NCBI GenBank assembly: GCA_963716395.1
Contig: OY970309.1
Location: 3,328,001-3,392,000, forward strand
Direction: 5' to 3'
Origin: an uncultured Fibrobacteria bacterium
GTDB lineage: Bacteria > Fibrobacterota > Fibrobacteria > UBA11236
Length of the DNA stretch: 64,000 nucleotides
Positions 1 to 10,182 of the stretch are shown here, piece by piece. A model generated the notes under the pieces. It worked only from the letters and a program-made list of their open reading frames with translations, ran no database searches and was not told the origin of the DNA. The position numbers were made by a program, and so were the translations under genes. Each line of letters opens with the position of its first letter. Position 1 is the stretch's first letter.

Positions 1-623
1 TGTTGGGCGACGGTATCGCACAGACACCACGCGGCGCGAGGAATGTGATCGCGCGGTTGCCCCACACTGCCCACATTGATCAGCAGGCGTTGGCCGGCAT
101 CCCAGTCATAACTGGAGGTCTCGGCCACCCAATACGATTGGCTGTTTTCCATCACCACCATGGAGGGAATGTGCGTGTGGCCCAAAAAGCAGATGCGTTC
201 GGACCAAAAAGAAAACGCGTCGACGGCGTCATCGAAATTGGTGATGTAGAACCAATCGGCCGGAGAGCGCGGGCTGGCATGCACGAAATGCAGGGGCGAC
301 TCGGTGGCGGTATAGGGCAGGCCATCCAAAAATTCCCGCGCCTCGGGCGCCAGGTTTTCCTGCGTCCATTCGATGGCTTTGCGCGCATAGAGGTTGAAGT
401 TCTCGGCCGACTCGCGTCCCAACGCCACGCTGTCGTGATTGCCCAGGAGAGCCAAGGCGCTGCGCTCACGGATCAGCTGCACGCATTCATTGGGGTAAGG
501 GCCGTACCCCACCGCGTCGCCTAGGCAGATGCGGCGTTCGACCTTCTGGTCTTCCATCGATTTGAGCACCGCCTGCAAGGCTTCGAGGTTGCCGTGGATG
601 TCGGAATAAATGCCGTATCGCAA
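1..623 (-). CDS. Metallophosphoesterase (calcineurin-like, YfcE/ApaH-like); 3' end runs off the window
   Basis: Hand translation of the minus strand from TTG at 623: MRYGIYSDIHGNLEALQAVL...CLGDAVGYGPYPNECV...LLGNHD, i.e. the DxH, GDxVGYG and GNHD metallophosphoesterase motifs. Absent from the ORF track because no stop lies inside the window. Confidence 0.9.
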   Translation of the reverse strand, partial: MRYGIYSDIHGNLEALQAVLKSMEDQKVERRICLGDAVGYGPYPNECVQLIRERSALALLGNHDSVALGRESAENFNLYARKAIEWTQENLAPEAREFLDGLPYTATESPLHFVHASPRSPADWFYITNFDDAVDAFSFWSERICFLGHTHIPSMVVMENSQSYWVAETSSYDWDAGQRLLINVGSVGQPRDHIPRAAWCLCDTVAQ

Positions 624-819
624 ACGATTCGCCTTTCCGTCCGCTTTGGGACGCTGTAGTGTATTACACTTTCGGCCCGAATGCAGGCGCCTTTTACACC
701 GGACCGTTCCCGGCCAAGCGATCCGGTCCCGTTCGTGAGCGATGGTCGGCTCACCCGGGTATTTTCCCAAGGTCTTTATTACTTTTTGCGGCCCTTGCGG
801 CTCGGCAAGCGACGAAATT

Positions 820-895
820 GTTCCCATCGTCTAGTGGCCTAGGACATCGCCCTTTCACGGCGGTAACCGGGGTTCAAATCCCCGTGGGAACGCCA
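820..895 (+). tRNA. tRNA-Glu (anticodon TTC)
   Basis: 76 nt, GTTCCCA...TGGGAAC-G-CCA acceptor stem, D-loop AGTGG, anticodon loop CTTTCAC, T-loop GTTCAAAT, encoded CCA. Confidence 0.96.
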
Positions 896-908
896 TCGCC
901 AAGGCCCC

Positions 909-1973
909 ATGCTCACCTCGGACTTTGATTTTGCCTTTCCCCAGGACCGCATCGCCCTGCGTCCGGTACCGCGCGGTGAAGCGCGGTTGATGGTGGTTGC
1001 CCCCAAAGGATGGCCGGCAAACTTTCCCCTGCCCATTGAGGGCGATTGGGCTTTCGGCCGCGTCGCCGATTTGCCGCGGCTGCTGCGGCCCGGCGACGCC
1101 CTGGCCGTGAACGACACCAAGGTGTTGCGCGCCCGGCTGCACGGGCGCTTGGAAAACGGTTTGGCCTGTGAAGTTTTGCTGCTGAAACCCCGGCCGGAAA
1201 CCCGGCATGCCGATTGGGAATGCCTGGCCAAGCCGGGCCGGAAGCTCGTACCCGGTCGCCATCTCGACTTCAAGGCGGAACTTTCCGCCCGGGTGCTGGA
1301 AACCCTGCCCGACGGAGTCCGGCTCCTGCGCTTTAATCGTGAAGACGCCGTTTTCTTTCGCGCCCTGGAACACGCCGGTGAAACTCCCCTGCCGCCATAT
1401 ATCCGCCGCGCCCCCGAAGCCGAAGACGCCTTATGGTATCAAAGCGTATTCGCGGAACACGCAGGGTCGGTGGCCGCTCCCACGGCTTCGCTGCACTTTT
1501 CCCCGGCCATGCTCGACGCGGCCCGTGCACAAGGTGCGCGCCTGGTCAAACTCACCTTGCACGTGGGTGCGGGCACCTTTCGACCCGTGCAAACCGAACA
1601 CGCCGAAGCGCATTCCATGCACCGCGAGTCTTTCGAGTTGACGGAGGATTCGTCCCAAACTTTCAACGCCACCCATGCGGCGGGCGGCCGCATCCTGGCG
1701 GTGGGAACCACGGCGGCCCGCGTGCTGGAAACCTGCAGCGATGCGCGGGGAATCTTGCACCCGCAAAGCGGGGAAACCGGCATTTTCATCTACCCGGGCT
1801 ATCGCTGGAAAGCCGTCGACGCCTTGTTCACCAATTTTCATTGGCCGCGTTCGACTTTATTCATGCTGGTGTGCAGCCTGCTCGGCCTTGAAGGCGCGCG
1901 TGCGGCTTACGCCGAAGCCCTTCGACGCGGCTTTCGCCTGTTCAGCTACGGCGACGCCATGTTGATTCTCTAA
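909..1973 (+). CDS. queA: S-adenosylmethionine:tRNA ribosyltransferase-isomerase
   Basis: SDFDF...IA start, NDTKVLRARL, PLPPYIRR, GSVAAPTASLHFS, LTLHVGAGTFRPV, TNFHWPRSTL and FRLFSYGDAMLIL are QueA motifs. Confidence 0.96.
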   Translation: MLTSDFDFAFPQDRIALRPVPRGEARLMVVAPKGWPANFPLPIEGDWAFGRVADLPRLLRPGDALAVNDTKVLRARLHGRLENGLACEVLLLKPRPETRHADWECLAKPGRKLVPGRHLDFKAELSARVLETLPDGVRLLRFNREDAVFFRALEHAGETPLPPYIRRAPEAEDALWYQSVFAEHAGSVAAPTASLHFSPAMLDAARAQGARLVKLTLHVGAGTFRPVQTEHAEAHSMHRESFELTEDSSQTFNATHAAGGRILAVGTTAARVLETCSDARGILHPQSGETGIFIYPGYRWKAVDALFTNFHWPRSTLFMLVCSLLGLEGARAAYAEALRRGFRLFSYGDAMLIL

Positions 1974-2034
1974 AGCAGTGCGAATTCCCACCGCGCCACC
2001 GCCCCATGGCCGGAGACTTCGAAAAAAAAAAGCC

Positions 2035-2427
2035 TCAGGCGGTTTGGGGCCGAGGCGTGTACTTCGCCGATCCCAAGGCCAACATAGTGAAGGTGACGGC
2101 AGAGAAAAAAATCGTGGCGATGGCGAAACCAATACCCTTGCCGAACCTCTTGGATAGGTCCAGGCATAACACGACCCAGATCACGAAATTGAGCGCCGGA
2201 ACCAGGAGCAAGAAAATCCACCACTTCGGTCTTCCGCACATGTCCAGGAAGACCAGGAAATTGTAAATCGGGATCCAGGCGGCCCAACCCGGTTTACCGG
2301 TTTTCCGGTAAAGCTTCCAGGAGACCAGCATGGAAAAGGCAATCGCAGCCACGACCACGACGCTTACCAACACGGTTTGCATGGGAGACATGGCGCCCGA
2401 CGAAGAGGAGGAGTAACTGAAACTCAT
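2035..2427 (-). CDS. Small membrane protein (DUF5684-like)
   Basis: WKLYRKTGKPGWAAWIPIYN...LSKRFGKGIGF pattern with several hydrophobic helices. Confidence 0.8.
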   Translation of the reverse strand: MSFSYSSSSSGAMSPMQTVLVSVVVVAAIAFSMLVSWKLYRKTGKPGWAAWIPIYNFLVFLDMCGRPKWWIFLLLVPALNFVIWVVLCLDLSKRFGKGIGFAIATIFFSAVTFTMLALGSAKYTPRPQTA

Positions 2428-2677
2428 ACCGGGGTTCCTTCCGCGACCTAGTTGAATTTGCTTCAGGGTATTACGGTCGACAACATATAAAAACGCCGTT
2501 TCACGCGTTCGGCTTTTATCGCTTTCAACCGCAAGTCCAAAAGCAGGATGACGTTCCCATTTGAATTTGAATAAAATTCGCGCTTATAATCACATAATGT
2601 TGCAACCGCAACCGTTTCGCAATCCGGAAATGTGGGGGCCCTTGGCATAGTCGCCCGCGGCGAGGCGAAGGCAAAGG

Positions 2678-3730
2678 TTAAGGGGTTTCATGCACGGCCT
2701 GAACAAAGGCGCGTGCGTGTTCCACCGGCGTATCGGGCAAAATCCCATGGCCCAGATTCCAAACATGGGGACGCTTCCCCACCACCTTTTTCAGTTGCCG
2801 CACCTTGGCGGCGATTTGCTCCGGCGCGGCGAACAAATAGCACGGATCCAAATTGCCTTGAAAAACCTGTCCGGGATGCGCCTGGAAGGCCGCGGCCAAT
2901 TCGCTGCGCCAGTCGAGCCCCACCACATCCGCCCCCAAGGCCGCGAACTCGTCGAGCAAAGCCGCGCCGCCGTTGGCGTAATGGATGATGGGCGTGCCGG
3001 GACATTGTGATTTGACATGGGCGATCACGTTGCGCGTATGGGGAAACACGAATTCGCGGTAATCGGCCGAACCTGTGAAGCCGGCCCAGGAATCCATGAT
3101 GGTTACGGCTTGTGCGCCCTGCCGGATTTGCTCGCACAAATACGACCCGGTGATGGTGGCCAACTTTTCCAGCAACGCATGATAAGCAGCGGGCTGTGAG
3201 AACATCAGAGCTTTCAGCCGAGCCAGTTCCTTTGAGCTTCCGCCTTCGACCATGTAGGATGCCACGGTGAAAGGCCCGCCGGCGAATCCGATCAGGGGCA
3301 CGCTGTCGGCCAACTCATGCCGCGTCAAGCGAATGCCTTGAAAGACGAAATCCAGTTCGGCGTTAAGGTCGCGGCCCGGCAAGGCGTGAATCGAAGCCGC
3401 GTCGCGCAAGGGATTATGCACCACCGGACCTTCGCCCTCGACGAATTCCAGTTGCAAGCCGAGCGGGGGCAACAGCACCAAGATGTCGGAAAATAAGATG
3501 GCGGCGTCGACACCGATTTGCTCCACGGGTTGAATGGTGACTTCGGCCACGTGTTCGGGCGAGCGGCAGAAGTCGAGAAAGCTCGGGAATAATTTCCGTA
3601 CCCGACGGTAATCGGGCAGGTAACGCCCGGCCTGGCGCATGATCCACACCGGCGGACGCGCCGGCGTCCGGCCCATGGCCGCGGCGAGAAAGGCATGCTC
3701 CGCAGCCGGTGCGGGCGAATCGGTGGACAT
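2678..3730 (-). CDS. hemE: Uroporphyrinogen decarboxylase
   Basis: PVWIMRQAGRYLPDY, DAAILFSDIL, LIGFAGGPFT, QGNLDP and NLGHGILPDTP. Start moved to MSTDSP (ATG at 3730); the longer ORF N-terminus looks spurious. Confidence 0.95.
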   Translation of the reverse strand: MSTDSPAPAAEHAFLAAAMGRTPARPPVWIMRQAGRYLPDYRRVRKLFPSFLDFCRSPEHVAEVTIQPVEQIGVDAAILFSDILVLLPPLGLQLEFVEGEGPVVHNPLRDAASIHALPGRDLNAELDFVFQGIRLTRHELADSVPLIGFAGGPFTVASYMVEGGSSKELARLKALMFSQPAAYHALLEKLATITGSYLCEQIRQGAQAVTIMDSWAGFTGSADYREFVFPHTRNVIAHVKSQCPGTPIIHYANGGAALLDEFAALGADVVGLDWRSELAAAFQAHPGQVFQGNLDPCYLFAAPEQIAAKVRQLKKVVGKRPHVWNLGHGILPDTPVEHARAFVQAVHETP

Positions 3731-4127
3731 CGGGTTCAATGTAGAACGAGTGGGCCGGTGAAGCGAAGCGGTTGGCGGACTATGGGCGGGCGGCGGTCGC
3801 CCGAAGAAATCCCCCGCAGTCGTATGGTCACCGTTTCGCTCCGGTCCGCCCTGTCGAATCCGGAATGTTACGCAAAGAACGACAATATTTCCGCCATTCC
3901 TTTGGTGATTCCGTGTTCCCCCCCCATCCTGGAGGCAACCATCGTTTGTCGAAAGTGGACAACCGCAGAATCCATGCATAAAATCACGCGGCGGTGTTAT
4001 TCTGCTATAAGGCGTCGTCAAGAAATAACCTCGGTGCGTATCGTTTATTTCTTGACGACGCCTAACCGCCGGAAATAAGCGAAATCATACACGGAATATT
4101 TTTCGTCGCCCTAAATTAACCAGCATT

Positions 4128-6707
4128 ATGGGACCCTCGCATCATCGCCTTCCGGTTGCGGCCGCCGCCTTGATCTGCGGTTTTGCGGCCCAGTTCCTGC
4201 ATGCCCAAACGCCCTGGTATCAATGGCGTAGACAGAAGCAGGCGAATTTCCATGACATTCAAAAAGCGCATGACGCCGAACCAGCCGACGACGCGTCGGC
4301 TGGCGATCGCGATTTGACCCGCATTCTGCAACCCAATCAAATGCCCTTGCGCGAAGGCGAGTCGCCTTTCGAGGACGAAGAAGATTTTCAATACCGGCGC
4401 TGGGCGGCTTTCGTCGCACCGCGCACGGCGCCTTCGGGCGATCTGGCCCTGATCGACAGCGGGCAGCAGACCATCGCGGATTTGGTGCTGGCCAAAACCG
4501 CGGCCGCTCCCGCCTATGGCGCCTGGGAATCGCTGGGGCCCGGCGCCGCCGGCACCTATGGCGCCGGACGCCTGGACTGGATCGCTTTTCATCCCACCGA
4601 TCCCAACACCTTCATGGTGGGATCTCCCAGCGGCGGATTGTGGCTGACCCATGACGGCGGCTCGACCTGGACCACCCCGACCGACGGCATCGCGGTTTTG
4701 GGGGCGGCCTGGGCCGCCTATGATCCGGTGCACCCCGACACGATCTATTTGGCAACGGGTGACGGAGATCATAGTGATACCTACAGCGTCGGCGTTTTGA
4801 AATCCACCGATGGCGGGGCCACCTGGAATACCACCGGGCTCACCTATCCCGTGGCCAATGAAATGGAAATCGAAAAGCTGGAGGTGGATGGAAAAAATCC
4901 GCGCAAGATCTACGTGGCGACGAGCCGGGGGGTGCAGGTTTCCAACGATGCCGGTGCGAGTTTCCAGGCCTCCTCGGGCATCAACGGCCAGGTATGGGAT
5001 GTGGAGATCAATCCCGCCGACTCGAACATCGTCTACGCAACCACCACCTCGCTTTACGTTTCGCATGACGGCGGCGCCAGCTTCATGCGCAACTCCAATC
5101 TCGCGTCGGCCGCCTACCGCATGCAAATCGCCGTAACCGCGGCGCAGCCGGGCTATGTCTATGCCCTGCGCGGCGCCGATACGTCGACCCAGGGGGTGTA
5201 CCTGTCCCAGGATTCGGGGCAAACCTTCACCCAAACCGGCAGCGGCTCGGTCTTGGGCTGCGCGCAAACCTGGTATGACTACGGGTTCGACGCCAACCCC
5301 ACCAATGCCAACCAATTGGCCGCCGGCTGCCTCGAAGCCTATCAATCCAACGACGGCGGGGCCAGTTGGATCCAGTTGGGGTCGAGCTATCATGTCGACG
5401 TGCACGGCACGATGTACCGCAGCGATGGAACCTTGTACAACCTCGACGACGGTGGAATCTTTGTCAGCGCCGGAACCACGCGCTGGACCAACCTGAACAA
5501 CAACCTGATCATCGGCCAGGCCTACCGCGTCGGTATTTATCCCGGGGATTACGATCAATTGTGTTCAGGCCGCCAGGACAATGCCACCGACATTCGCAAC
5601 GCGACCACCGGTACCTGGAAATCGGCGCTGGGCGGCGACGGCTTCGGCTGTTTCTGGAACAATACGGGGACGCGCTGGTACGGCGAATCCGAAGACGGCA
5701 CCGGCGAGGGCTGCAATTACGCCAACGGCCAGGTCAGCGGTTGCCGGAACATCAATATCCAGGCCCCGCTGGGAACCTGGGACAATCCCTGGGCGCCCGA
5801 TCCCAACAGCAGTTCGGGCCTGTTCAATGCCCGCACCACCGACCTGTGGCATTCCACCAACAACGGGTCGAACTGGACGCAAATGGGAACCATCGGCGGA
5901 TCGGGGACCATTCTTAATTTTGTAGTGGCCCCGTCGAACTCCAACGTGTTGTATGTATTCAAAGGCGGCGCGATCTACCAGACCACCGACCAGGGCGGAA
6001 CCTGGAAGAACGTGAAGGGCTCGATTTCGGGTACCGTGGTGAACGGCGACGTATCCGATACCAACCCCGACGACGTGTGGGTCACGGTCAGCGGCTATTC
6101 AGCTACCAGCAAGGTCTACCACTCCACCGATGGTGGAACGAATTGGACCAATGAAACCCGGACCGGGCTTCCCAACCTCCCCGCCAACTGCATCGCCCTC
6201 GACAACCTCGGACACAATGGCCTGTATCTCGGCATGGACGTGGGTGTTTATTTCAAACGCGATTCCATGACGTCCTGGATTAATTATTCGGCGGGTCTGC
6301 CCAATGCCAGCATCCATGACTTGAAAATCGGCAGCAAAGGAACGAGTCTGACCGACCGCCGTTTGGTGGCCGCCACCTTCGGACGCAGCATTTGGCGCAC
6401 CGTGCTGTATGACCAGGCACCCACGGCCGCACGCAACGCCGTGCTGCCCGATCTCAACGCCTTCACCGCCACCTTGAACGGCGCCACCCTGTTGCTGCGC
6501 TTCCAGTTGGCCACGGGTGCCGACGACCCGCAAGCGGTGCGGATACAACTGGTTACGGTCACCGGCGAAACGGTATACCGCGAATCGGTGCCGGCCCGCG
6601 GCCTTTTCCAACGTCAAATCGATTTGTCGCGAAGCGGAAAAGGTTTGTATCTCTTCGTGCTGTCGCGAGACGGCCGGCGCGTGACGCGCCGCATCGCCTA
6701 CGAATAA
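4128..6707 (+). CDS. Secreted BNR/Asp-box repeat beta-propeller protein (VPS10/GH74-like) with T9SS type-A-like C-terminal domain
   Basis: Signal peptide; many SxDGGxTW Asp-boxes (THDGGSTW, STDGGATW, SNDGGASW, STDGGTNW); AATFGRSIW; C-terminus IDLSRSGKGLYLFVLSRDGRRVTRRI. Confidence 0.85.
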   Translation: MGPSHHRLPVAAAALICGFAAQFLHAQTPWYQWRRQKQANFHDIQKAHDAEPADDASAGDRDLTRILQPNQMPLREGESPFEDEEDFQYRRWAAFVAPRTAPSGDLALIDSGQQTIADLVLAKTAAAPAYGAWESLGPGAAGTYGAGRLDWIAFHPTDPNTFMVGSPSGGLWLTHDGGSTWTTPTDGIAVLGAAWAAYDPVHPDTIYLATGDGDHSDTYSVGVLKSTDGGATWNTTGLTYPVANEMEIEKLEVDGKNPRKIYVATSRGVQVSNDAGASFQASSGINGQVWDVEINPADSNIVYATTTSLYVSHDGGASFMRNSNLASAAYRMQIAVTAAQPGYVYALRGADTSTQGVYLSQDSGQTFTQTGSGSVLGCAQTWYDYGFDANPTNANQLAAGCLEAYQSNDGGASWIQLGSSYHVDVHGTMYRSDGTLYNLDDGGIFVSAGTTRWTNLNNNLIIGQAYRVGIYPGDYDQLCSGRQDNATDIRNATTGTWKSALGGDGFGCFWNNTGTRWYGESEDGTGEGCNYANGQVSGCRNINIQAPLGTWDNPWAPDPNSSSGLFNARTTDLWHSTNNGSNWTQMGTIGGSGTILNFVVAPSNSNVLYVFKGGAIYQTTDQGGTWKNVKGSISGTVVNGDVSDTNPDDVWVTVSGYSATSKVYHSTDGGTNWTNETRTGLPNLPANCIALDNLGHNGLYLGMDVGVYFKRDSMTSWINYSAGLPNASIHDLKIGSKGTSLTDRRLVAATFGRSIWRTVLYDQAPTAARNAVLPDLNAFTATLNGATLLLRFQLATGADDPQAVRIQLVTVTGETVYRESVPARGLFQRQIDLSRSGKGLYLFVLSRDGRRVTRRIAYE

Positions 6708-6787
6708 GCGGATCCGGCCGCTTGGACACTCGCCCGCTCCCACAGGTGCGGGCCTTGTCGACCGCCGGAGATGGATTCGTAGAGTGT

Positions 6788-6875
6788 TCACGTTTTCAGT
6801 TACGTTTTGTCACGATTTCATTACGCTTTAGTCATCACGCGGCCTTGCGGGTATTCGTAAATTTGACAGCGTCAA
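6788..6875 (+). promoter_or_regulatory. Phased direct repeats (TYACGnTTT x4) plus palindrome TTGAC-AGC-GTCAA upstream of the efflux operon
   Basis: TCACGTTTT 6788, TTACGTTTT 6800, TCACGATTT 6810, TTACGCTTT 6821 (10-12 bp spacing); palindrome at 6863-6875. Confidence 0.5.
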
Positions 6876-6884
6876 GGAAGCACC

Positions 6885-8189
6885 ATGGGTATTTTTCTTC
6901 CAAGTCGGCACTTTGTTCTTTTTCCGCGCATCGCGGTCGGCTGCGCTTTGATGGTTGCCACCGTGGCGGCGGACACTCTCACGCCGCAGCAGGTCGTGGG
7001 CCTGGCCCTGGAAAAAAATTTCGCCATCTCGCTAGCGCGGGATCAGACGGCTCAGGCCGGCGTCGATCGCCAATCGGCTTTGGGGGCTTTTCTCCCCAGC
7101 GCGTCCGCCACTGCGACCAATGAAGGCACCTTGACCGACTCCGTCGGCCAAATCACCACGGTGGGCGCGTCGGTAAACTGGCAAATCTTCGATGGATTGC
7201 AATCGGTGCATGCCTACCAACGTTTGAAATCGGCGGAAGAATCCGCGCAACTCCAGGAACGGCTGGCCATCGAATCGACTTTGGAATCCGTACTCGAAGG
7301 GTATTACAACGTGGTTTTGCAAAATCAGCTTTTAGCTGCGTTGCAGGAATTGACCGGAGTGGCCGAAGATCAGGCCAAACTGGCCCAGGCCAAAGCCGAG
7401 GTTGGTTCCGGGGCGAACCTAGACGCCCTGCAAGCCGTGGCCACTTTGCAAGAAGACTCCTCTTCGCTGCTCGCACAGCGCATCACCTTGCGCGAGGCCA
7501 AGGTGCAGCTCAATCAATTGCTGGCACGCGATCCGGCCCTCGATTTCGAGGTGCTCGACACCATTCCGATTGCAAGCGATTTACCGCTGAAAAAATGGCG
7601 CGCCGCATTGCCCGATCAGAACGCCACCATTCTGGAGGCGAAAGCGCAACGCGACGTCAGCGATTACTCCCTGCAAACCGCCCGCGGCCTGTGGTGGCCG
7701 AGCCTCAATGCGGGCCTGGGCTACTCGCAAGCGCCTGCTTTCGTGAATGCCTCCTCCGTCCGCAACGATGCCGAAGTCAACTATCAAATCGCAGTGAGCG
7801 TGCCCATCTTCAGCCAGTTTCAGCACCGCCAGGCCGTGGTCGACGCCAAATTCCAGTTGCACGAAAGCCAAACCTCGCTGCTGCAAGCCGAATCGAACAT
7901 CGACGGCGAATTCGTGCAAGACGCAGAAAAATATCGCGCGGGCTTGGATCAGGTGAGCTTGGCCGCGCGCAATATGCACGTGGCCGAACTCCAGGCCGAC
8001 GCGGCCTACGCCCGCTATAAAGCCGGCACCGGCACGGCCCTGGATTTTCGCGACGCCCAGAGCATTTTGCTCCAGGCCAAAAGCCAGTTGATTACCTCCC
8101 GCCAAAACACCAAGCAAGCCGAATTGGCTTTGAAGCGTCTCGCCGGCATCCTGGTGCAGGCGACTCCGGCGATGCCGGAAGGCCGGTAA
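6885..8189 (+). CDS. TolC-family outer membrane efflux protein
   Basis: Signal peptide, ALEKN...LPS, WQIFDG, WPSLNA, VPIFSQF, ARYKAGTGT; first gene of a MFP/ABC operon. Confidence 0.9.
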   Translation: MGIFLPSRHFVLFPRIAVGCALMVATVAADTLTPQQVVGLALEKNFAISLARDQTAQAGVDRQSALGAFLPSASATATNEGTLTDSVGQITTVGASVNWQIFDGLQSVHAYQRLKSAEESAQLQERLAIESTLESVLEGYYNVVLQNQLLAALQELTGVAEDQAKLAQAKAEVGSGANLDALQAVATLQEDSSSLLAQRITLREAKVQLNQLLARDPALDFEVLDTIPIASDLPLKKWRAALPDQNATILEAKAQRDVSDYSLQTARGLWWPSLNAGLGYSQAPAFVNASSVRNDAEVNYQIAVSVPIFSQFQHRQAVVDAKFQLHESQTSLLQAESNIDGEFVQDAEKYRAGLDQVSLAARNMHVAELQADAAYARYKAGTGTALDFRDAQSILLQAKSQLITSRQNTKQAELALKRLAGILVQATPAMPEGR

Positions 8190-8201
8190 GAAAGGTCTCT
8201 C

Positions 8202-9425
8202 ATGTCGAAAGGAAAAATCGGAATCGCCGTTGCGGTCGTCGTTGTGGCGGCCGGCTTTTATTGGTGGTGGAGCCGCCGCACGCCGGAAATCCACTGGCGC
8301 ACGTCCACGGTGGAACGCGGACCCATTCAAGTGACCGTCACTTCCACCGGCTCGTTGGCGGCCGTCGATACTGTGGACGTGGGCACCCAGGTTTCGGGGA
8401 TCATCTCCGAATTGGACGCCGATTTCAACTCGCATGTCAAGAAAGGGCAGGTCATCGCCCGCATCGACACCACCACACTGCACGCTTCGCTGCAATCCGC
8501 CATCGCGGAGTTGGCCAGCGCCCAGGCGCAGTCGGCCAAGGCCGATTCGGATCTAAACCGGGCCAAGCCGCTGTTTGCCAAAGGGTTGGTCGATCAGGCC
8601 GACCTGGACCAGGCCGTAGCCAATGCCAAGGTCGCCGCCGCCAGCGTGCAATCGGCTCGGGCCGATTTGGAGCGTGCACACATCAATCTGCGCTACGCCA
8701 CCATCACCTCCCCCATCGACGGCATCGTTTTGGATCGGGCCGTGAATCTGGGCCAAACCGTAGCCGCCAGTTTCAATACCCCTACCCTCTTCCTCATCGC
8801 CAAGGATTTGCACCAGATGCAGGTGCTGGCCTCGGTGGATGAAGCCGATATCGGGCAGGTGAAGGTGGGGCAGCATGTCACTTTCACCGTGGACGCCTAT
8901 CCCGACACAGAATTCACCGGGACGGTCAATCAAATCCGTCTGGCGCCGATCGTTTCGTCCAATGTCGTGACCTATAACGTGGTGATCGGAGTGGCCAACC
9001 CGGCGCTCAAACTGATGCAGGGCATGACGGCGAACCTGACCATTGTGGTCAAAGAAAAAAAAGATGTTCTGCTGGTTCCGGCTGCCGCCATGCAATTCCA
9101 GGCGCCGGCCATGTTGCGGAACGCGCGGAGCAAGGCCAAACCGGATTCCACCGGTCGGCATGCCGGCGGTGCCTGGGCCGGTGCCGCGGGCGGGAACGGC
9201 GCGGCTTCGCAACCGGATGAATCCCGCGGACACGTTTTTCTTTTGCAGAACGGCCAATTGAAATTCACTCGCGTGCATACCGGACTCAGCGACGGTACCA
9301 AAACCGAAATCGAAGGCGCGGTGAACGCCGGGGATACCGTGGTGATCGGGGTCGAAACCATCAAGGGCGGTGGTAGCGCCAAACCCTTCGGCATGGAAGG
9401 ACACATGCACGGAGGCTTCCACTAG
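8202..9425 (+). CDS. MacA-like efflux periplasmic adaptor subunit
   Basis: N-terminal TM; TGSL...VDVGTQVSGII, DFNSHVKKGQVIARID, SPIDGIV, GQTVAASFNTPTLF, VDEADIG, FTVDAYP. Confidence 0.92.
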   Translation: MSKGKIGIAVAVVVVAAGFYWWWSRRTPEIHWRTSTVERGPIQVTVTSTGSLAAVDTVDVGTQVSGIISELDADFNSHVKKGQVIARIDTTTLHASLQSAIAELASAQAQSAKADSDLNRAKPLFAKGLVDQADLDQAVANAKVAAASVQSARADLERAHINLRYATITSPIDGIVLDRAVNLGQTVAASFNTPTLFLIAKDLHQMQVLASVDEADIGQVKVGQHVTFTVDAYPDTEFTGTVNQIRLAPIVSSNVVTYNVVIGVANPALKLMQGMTANLTIVVKEKKDVLLVPAAAMQFQAPAMLRNARSKAKPDSTGRHAGGAWAGAAGGNGAASQPDESRGHVFLLQNGQLKFTRVHTGLSDGTKTEIEGAVNAGDTVVIGVETIKGGGSAKPFGMEGHMHGGFH

Positions 9426-10180
9426 TGCCCAATCCCATTCTTGCGGTGCGCGGACTCACCAAGACGTACCAAATGGGTGAAACCACCGTGCACGCCCTGC
9501 GTGGCGTCGATCTCGACATCTATCCGGCGGAATTCGTGGCGGTGATGGGCCCCAGCGGTTCCGGAAAATCCACCCTGATGAATATTCTGGGGTGCCTCGA
9601 CGTGCCCACCGCGGGCAAATATCTGCTCGACGGCCGCGAAGTGCAAAGCCTGACGCGCGACGATCTCTCCCGTATGCGCAACCGCAAACTCGGTTTCGTA
9701 TTTCAATCCTTCAACCTGCTGACGCGCACCACCGCTCTGGAGAACACCGAATTACCCCTGCTGTATCGGCGCGACGTCGCTCCGGCCCAAATCCAGAAAC
9801 GGGCGTTGGAAGCCCTGGCCTCGGTGGGGTTGGCGGGACGCGCGGGACATTACCCCAACCAACTTTCCGGCGGTCAGCAGCAGCGGGTGGCCATCGCCCG
9901 ATCCATGGTCAATGATCCGGTGGTCATCCTGGCCGATGAACCCACGGGCAATCTCGACACCCGCACCAGCATTGAAATCATGGGACTGTTCCAGGGCCTG
10001 AACCTTCGCGGCATTACCGTGCTGCTCGTCACCCATGAGCCCGACGTGGCGCGGTTTGCCAACCGGCATGTGGTGGTGCGCGACGGCCGCATCGTAAAAG
10101 ACGCGCCCAATTCCAACACCTTGTCGGCCAAAGAGGCGCTGGCCAATTTGCCGCCCGTTTCGGTCGAGGAAGTGATTTAG
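9425..10180 (+). CDS. MacB/LolD-like ABC transporter ATP-binding protein
   Basis: Walker A GPSGSGKST, LSGGQQQRVAIAR, Walker B ILADEPTGNLD, H-loop VTHE. Confidence 0.95.
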   Translation: MPNPILAVRGLTKTYQMGETTVHALRGVDLDIYPAEFVAVMGPSGSGKSTLMNILGCLDVPTAGKYLLDGREVQSLTRDDLSRMRNRKLGFVFQSFNLLTRTTALENTELPLLYRRDVAPAQIQKRALEALASVGLAGRAGHYPNQLSGGQQQRVAIARSMVNDPVVILADEPTGNLDTRTSIEIMGLFQGLNLRGITVLLVTHEPDVARFANRHVVVRDGRIVKDAPNSNTLSAKEALANLPPVSVEEVI

Positions 10181-10182
10181 CC

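Noticed and set aside
909-1973. Functional link between queA (queuosine at G34 of tRNA-Asn) and the G34-deleting repeats
   Set aside because: The loci are 19 kb apart with unrelated genes between; nothing in the sequence connects them.
3731-4021. N-terminal extension of HemE in the ORF track
   Set aside because: No HemE similarity; it covers the divergent promoter region. Similar over-long starts were trimmed for SCO, DsbA, Omp85, HflX, AroKB and the ECF sigma factor.
4116-5558. Long antisense ORFs (also 39573-41201, 29004-30383, 32136-33419, 46659-47861)
   Set aside because: Shadow frames opposite well-supported genes, typical of high-GC codon bias.
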